Below, in pieces: positions 60,274 through 64,000 of a stretch of 64,000 bases of DNA. A program made the translations under genes and the position numbers. This stretch comes from an uncultured Opitutales bacterium (lineage in GTDB: Bacteria; Verrucomicrobiota; Verrucomicrobiia; Opitutales; Seribacteraceae), in NCBI GenBank assembly GCA_963978365.1, contig CAXBQX010000004.1, positions 4,220 through 68,219 on the forward strand. Direction: 5' to 3'. How positions within the stretch are numbered: the stretch's first letter is position 1; each line of letters opens with the position of its first letter. Under the pieces are notes generated by a model. The model searched no databases. It had not been told where the DNA came from and worked only from the letters and a program-made list of their open reading frames with translations.

Positions 60274-61788
60274 CTAGATTAATTTACTTCTATCAATTTT
60301 CTCAATGGCGAAATACTCTCCTTGAAACTTTTGATCCACAACTTCACGCACTGACCTAGGCAATGCTTCCATTCTTTGCTTAATCTGCTCCGGATCTGTG
60401 GATTGTAGAGAATTTTTCTTTAAATTAGGAGGAGTAACATCGGCTTCTTCTTTGAAACCAGAGATTGTAGTGTCTTCGTTTGAAACTTGAGGAGCGCCTG
60501 AAATTGAAGATGCGGTTTGATCATCCCCAGAAGGTTTTGGCAAAATGTTTGGCTCCGAATTCTCCTCAACCGGTATTTGAGGCTCAGGCAAATCTTCTGC
60601 AGTTGGAGGTTCGGCAGCCAGATCTAAACTTTCGTCTACATCTAGGGTTTTTAGATTTTCCTGATCAACTAATGGCGTTTTTTTTTTGGAATCTTTGGGA
60701 GTGATTTGAGTGATTTTTCGGATTACATGATCAATGGAACGGGTACGCCCCGCTTCCACGGCTCGAAAAAGAGTCACCTCAAAATTTGATTTTTCAGAAA
60801 GACCCGACCTTACCAAGGATTCACCATCTCGTAACTCATCCAAGATTCTAGCGATTCGTTCAGGAGAAAGATGAGAATCATTTGAACTTAAAGAACTCAC
60901 CAAAGTGCTCCGAAAACATTCGGAAAGATCGAGTAAAGCACGGTAAAAGTCTAATCCAGCATTGGAATACCCATCGGATAACTTGAGGATTGAATCGTAA
61001 TCTCCACCCAGCACGGCAACTTTCAGATCATCGATGGATTGAGCAGAAGCAAGTCCGTATACCTCTAGCACATCAGATTGTTTAATCTCATGACCGCAAA
61101 AAGAAATCATTTGATCCAGAATACTCTGAGCATCGCGCATTCCTCCCATCGCCATTCGGGCAATAGCCACGAGTGCTTCCTCATCGATTTCTATGGACTC
61201 AGCCACACAAATTTCCTTGAGTTTCCCAACAATCAAGGGAGTAGGGATCGAACGAAACTCGAACCTTTGGCATCTGGAAACAATCGTTGGCAAAACTTTA
61301 TGAGACTCCGTCGTAGCAAAGACAAATTTCACATGAGGAGGAGGTTCTTCCAAAGTTTTAAGAAGGGCATTAAATGCCTGCTGGCTAAGCATATGCACCT
61401 CATCGATTACATATATTTTAAAGCGACATTGGGAAGGTGCATACTGGCATTCATCCCTCAAATCACGCACTTGCTCCACAGAGTTATTAGATGCACCGTC
61501 AATCTCGATCACATCAAGACATCTTCCTTCCATGATGGACTGACCTATTTCGGAGTCTTCGGGCACCTCAAGCGACGGTCCATTTTCCCAATTTAAGGAC
61601 TTGGCAAAAAGGCGGGCAGAAGTCGTCTTACCTGTTCCTCGTGGCCCAACAAATAAATAAGCGTGGGCAATCCGGCCTAAATCAATAGCGTTCCCAAGAG
61701 TTTGAACCACATGGTCCTGCCCAACCAGTTGTGAAAACTGCTTGGGTCGCCACCTCCGGGCGATTACTTGATAGGATGCTTTGCTCAT
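60274..61788 (-). CDS. dnaX: DNA polymerase III subunit gamma/tau
   Basis: [46 protein letters not shown] and GGMRDA. Confidence 0.97.
   Translation of the reverse strand: MSKASYQVIARRWRPKQFSQLVGQDHVVQTLGNAIDLGRIAHAYLFVGPRGTGKTTSARLFAKSLNWENGPSLEVPEDSEIGQSIMEGRCLDVIEIDGASNNSVEQVRDLRDECQYAPSQCRFKIYVIDEVHMLSQQAFNALLKTLEEPPPHVKFVFATTESHKVLPTIVSRCQRFEFRSIPTPLIVGKLKEICVAESIEIDEEALVAIARMAMGGMRDAQSILDQMISFCGHEIKQSDVLEVYGLASAQSIDDLKVAVLGGDYDSILKLSDGYSNAGLDFYRALLDLSECFRSTLVSSLSSNDSHLSPERIARILDELRDGESLVRSGLSEKSNFEVTLFRAVEAGRTRSIDHVIRKITQITPKDSKKKTPLVDQENLKTLDVDESLDLAAEPPTAEDLPEPQIPVEENSEPNILPKPSGDDQTASSISGAPQVSNEDTTISGFKEEADVTPPNLKKNSLQSTDPEQIKQRMEALPRSVREVVDQKFQGEYFAIEKIDRSKLI
60665..60687 (-). other. 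Candidate dnaX slippage/frameshift site (A10) with stops in both shifted frames
   Basis: Minus strand reads TCC AAA AAA AAA ACG CCA TTA GTT GA. A11 gives ...NAIS-TGA and A9 gives ...RH-TAG. Confidence 0.65.
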
Positions 61789-61893
61789 TGTAAGGAAACA
61801 CTTCTATTTGTGCACCTTCTCATTTGGGGGCAAGCGAAACCCATTCACAATTTTCAATAATCCTGAACTGATATGGAAAAAAGGCACAAAAAA

Positions 61894-61991
61894 AGGCCAG
61901 GCACCCCACAGCACACAACCATTGCGAATACCGCTGCTTCCTTCCGGACCTGACGGGGTTCTTCCAATCGTCGTCGCATGGGACCCGACCT
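61894..61991 (-). ncRNA. ffs: Signal recognition particle RNA (small 4.5S type)
   Basis: The minus strand has CCCCGTCAGGTCCGGAAGGAAGCAGCGG (SRP helix 8 with GGAA tetraloop). The ends pair (AGGTCGGG...CCTGGCCT), a T-run follows, and it lies upstream of dnaX. Confidence 0.93.
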
Positions 61992-62109
61992 AAACTACTA
62001 ACATTGAGCATCCTTTCCCTAAGGGCAACGAATTTTTCTTTAGCCCATCAAAGAAGTTACCTTCTCTTTTCCTTTTGCATTCTCTGAAAAATCTTAGATA
62101 AGAAATTGT

Positions 62110-63201
62110 ATGGGAAATTCATTCGGGACACTCTTTAAGATAAGCACTTGGGGTGAAAGTCATGGTGGTGGGATCGGAGTAGTCATAGATGGTTGCCCCC
62201 CTCGCCTTCCTCTTGCTGTTGAGGATATCCAACCAGATCTTGATAGAAGGCGACCTGGTCAGAGCAAAATCACAACCCCCAGAGATGAAGCCGACCATGT
62301 GGAAATCCTTTCCGGAGTGTTTGATGGATTAACTTTGGGCACCCCCATTGCCATGCTTGTCCGGAATAAAGATGCACGCCCGCAGGCATACGACGAGATG
62401 AAGGAGAAATTCCGCCCATCCCATGCGGATTTTACCTATCAGACAAAATACGGGCATCGTAACCATGAGGGAGGTGGTCGATCATCCGCACGAGAAACGA
62501 TTGCCAGAGTTGCCGCAGGAGCGATTGCCAAGAAAATTCTTGGTTACGAAAATATTGAGATAAGGGCATATGTGGAAAGAATACACGATCTGCAAATGCC
62601 TGACGGCTTCCCTTTCCCGAGTCTGGAACAGGTTGAAAGCTCCCCTACCCGTTGCCCTCACCCAGAATCTGCCGCGATGATGGAGGCTCGCGTACTCGAA
62701 GCCAAAAAAGCAGGGGACTCGGTAGGTGGGTCCATCCTGTGCCGAGTTTTGGGCCTACCTGTTGGTTTGGGCTCTCCCGTATTTGATCGTCTGGAAGCCG
62801 ACCTTGCCAAATCCATGCTTAGCTTACCTGCCACCAAGGGATTTGAAGTTGGCAGCGGATTCTCTGGTACTTACTTAAAAGGATCGGAGCATAATGATCT
62901 TTTCGAGTCTAAAGATGGTTTGGTTAAAACAACAACCAATCGATCTGGTGGTGTTCAAGGAGGGATCAGCAATGGGGAGGAGTTGTATTTTCGGACTGCT
63001 TTTAAGCCCACAGCTACTGTTCTTCAAAAACAAAAAACAGTAGATCAAGAAGGGAATGAAACTGAATTAATGGGAAGAGGTCGCCACGACCCATGCGTCC
63101 TTCCACGCGCCGTTCCCATTGTCGAAGCCATGACGGCCCTTGTTTTGATTGATCATCGCATGCGACATTTTGCTCAATGCCAATCATTTAACTTCTCTTA
63201 A
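62110..63201 (+). CDS. aroC: Chorismate synthase
   Basis: [39 protein letters not shown] and GRHDPCV. Confidence 0.97.
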   Translation: MGNSFGTLFKISTWGESHGGGIGVVIDGCPPRLPLAVEDIQPDLDRRRPGQSKITTPRDEADHVEILSGVFDGLTLGTPIAMLVRNKDARPQAYDEMKEKFRPSHADFTYQTKYGHRNHEGGGRSSARETIARVAAGAIAKKILGYENIEIRAYVERIHDLQMPDGFPFPSLEQVESSPTRCPHPESAAMMEARVLEAKKAGDSVGGSILCRVLGLPVGLGSPVFDRLEADLAKSMLSLPATKGFEVGSGFSGTYLKGSEHNDLFESKDGLVKTTTNRSGGVQGGISNGEELYFRTAFKPTATVLQKQKTVDQEGNETELMGRGRHDPCVLPRAVPIVEAMTALVLIDHRMRHFAQCQSFNFS

Positions 63202-63205
63202 TTGT

Positions 63206-63877
63206 ATGAACAAGATTCTCCACTTGGTTATGGAGACTCCTGGAGCAAATGCTTCTGGTATTTTGCTTGAGGCAACCCAAGAAGATTCACCCTCACCCGA
63301 GTTCTATTACTCCGAGTCTCCCGCAAATGAGGCCCTGAATACACACACTTGGTCTTTGGGTAAAAAAGGAACGGAAGATTGCTTAGAATTTGATCAACCT
63401 CTTAGTTCTTCGGAGATTTTTATGTTTTTATCCCATGAAATCTCCATGGCGGATCAACTCGAGGCAATCCTTCGTTTTCAAAAATCAAATGATCAAATAA
63501 CCATGGGTCGAATCCTGCTTTTTATTCATGCCCCGGTTTTGTTACAGGAAATCGCTTCCTTTCAGGAATGGTTGGACGCGGTGATCCATTTTTCGGATGC
63601 CATCCTCTTTGTCGATCGAACAAATGAAAACGCCTCAGCCATCAAAACTTTACAGGAAAGATACACCTCGATGAGATATCCTCTCGAAAATTACATATTA
63701 GCCAAAAGAAATAACCCATGGTCTCGGATCTTGGATCCTTCTCCTCGAAGAATCTCTCATGTTTTTGACGACATTGAGCTTCTTGATGAAGAGGATTACC
63801 CAGGAAATGATCGTTACCTCAAAAAATTGCCTTCTGGAGAGCGTGAACGATCGATTCCTTTGATTTTTGCCAATTGA
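63206..63877 (+). CDS. Hypothetical protein
   Basis: Long open frame starting 4 bp after the aroC stop, with globular composition. The ATG at 63206 is preferred. Confidence 0.7.
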   Translation: MNKILHLVMETPGANASGILLEATQEDSPSPEFYYSESPANEALNTHTWSLGKKGTEDCLEFDQPLSSSEIFMFLSHEISMADQLEAILRFQKSNDQITMGRILLFIHAPVLLQEIASFQEWLDAVIHFSDAILFVDRTNENASAIKTLQERYTSMRYPLENYILAKRNNPWSRILDPSPRRISHVFDDIELLDEEDYPGNDRYLKKLPSGERERSIPLIFAN

Positions 63878-63948
63878 GAGATTGTTATTACCTAATCCAT
63901 TTTTCTCGACCCTTCAAAATTCGTTTATTATAGATAGAAATTCCCTTT

Positions 63949-64000
63949 GCCGGGGTGGCGGAATTGGTAGACGCGCTAGATTCAGGTTCTAGTGTCCGCA
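63949..64000 (+). tRNA. tRNA-Leu(CAG), 3'-truncated by the window end
   Basis: GCCGGGG TGGCGGAATTGGTAGACGC D-arm; anticodon stem CTAGA-TTCAGGT-TCTAG gives anticodon CAG. Confidence 0.93.

Noticed and set aside
61078-61596. 172-aa ORF antisense to dnaX, and similar 60-160 aa shadow ORFs across the window
   Set aside because: These fully overlap well-conserved genes on the other strand or frame and show no independent coding signal.
61781-62011. Short ORFs 61781-61993 (+) and 61820-62011 (-)
   Set aside because: They overlap the SRP RNA, which explains the sequence.
1-64000. CRISPR arrays, IS elements, prophage, defence systems, riboswitches
   Set aside because: No repeat-spacer periodicity, transposase/integrase motifs or recognisable aptamers were seen, and intergenic gaps are mostly too short. 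A covariance-model search was not possible.

Overview
This is a gene-dense bacterial chromosomal segment of mostly housekeeping genes: about 57 CDS, an SRP RNA (ffs) and a truncated tRNA-Leu(CAG) at the right edge. No transposase, integrase, phage gene, CRISPR array or rRNA was seen. Gene content and protein style (alpha2 GlyRS, fused SecDF, MoxR/Bat operon, Gld-like ABC, divergent PurA, few Shine-Dalgarno sites) suggest a PVC-group diderm, probably Verrucomicrobiota/Opitutales; this is inference, not a database result. Order: end of a polysaccharide cluster, gluQ, DEAD-box helicase, mscS-yajC-secDF-recJ, glyS, fur-like-sufCBD-sufT-rpiB-clpP, menCE, a 14-gene same-strand run (guaB-purA-nadC-birA-coaX, GldAFG-like ABC, DUF4340, AsmA-like, accBC, Asp23, AmaP-like), gcvT, CNNM-lgt-mreBCD-mrdA, a very large CHASE2 adenylate cyclase, a MoxR-DUF58-Bat operon, dnaX-ffs, aroC, a hypothetical gene and tRNA-Leu. 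Best leads: (1) an A10 run in dnaX with stops in both shifted frames, a candidate gamma/tau recoding site; (2) a PBP2 with a winged-helix-like insertion; (3) a CHASE2 cyclase with long periplasmic coiled-coil insertions; (4) a Gld-like ABC + DUF4340 + AsmA module among lipid-precursor genes; (5) loss of zinc-ligand cysteines in four unrelated proteins; (6) a BatB-BatC fusion carrying SdrD-B-like Ca2+-binding repeats. All family calls come from motif recognition by eye.
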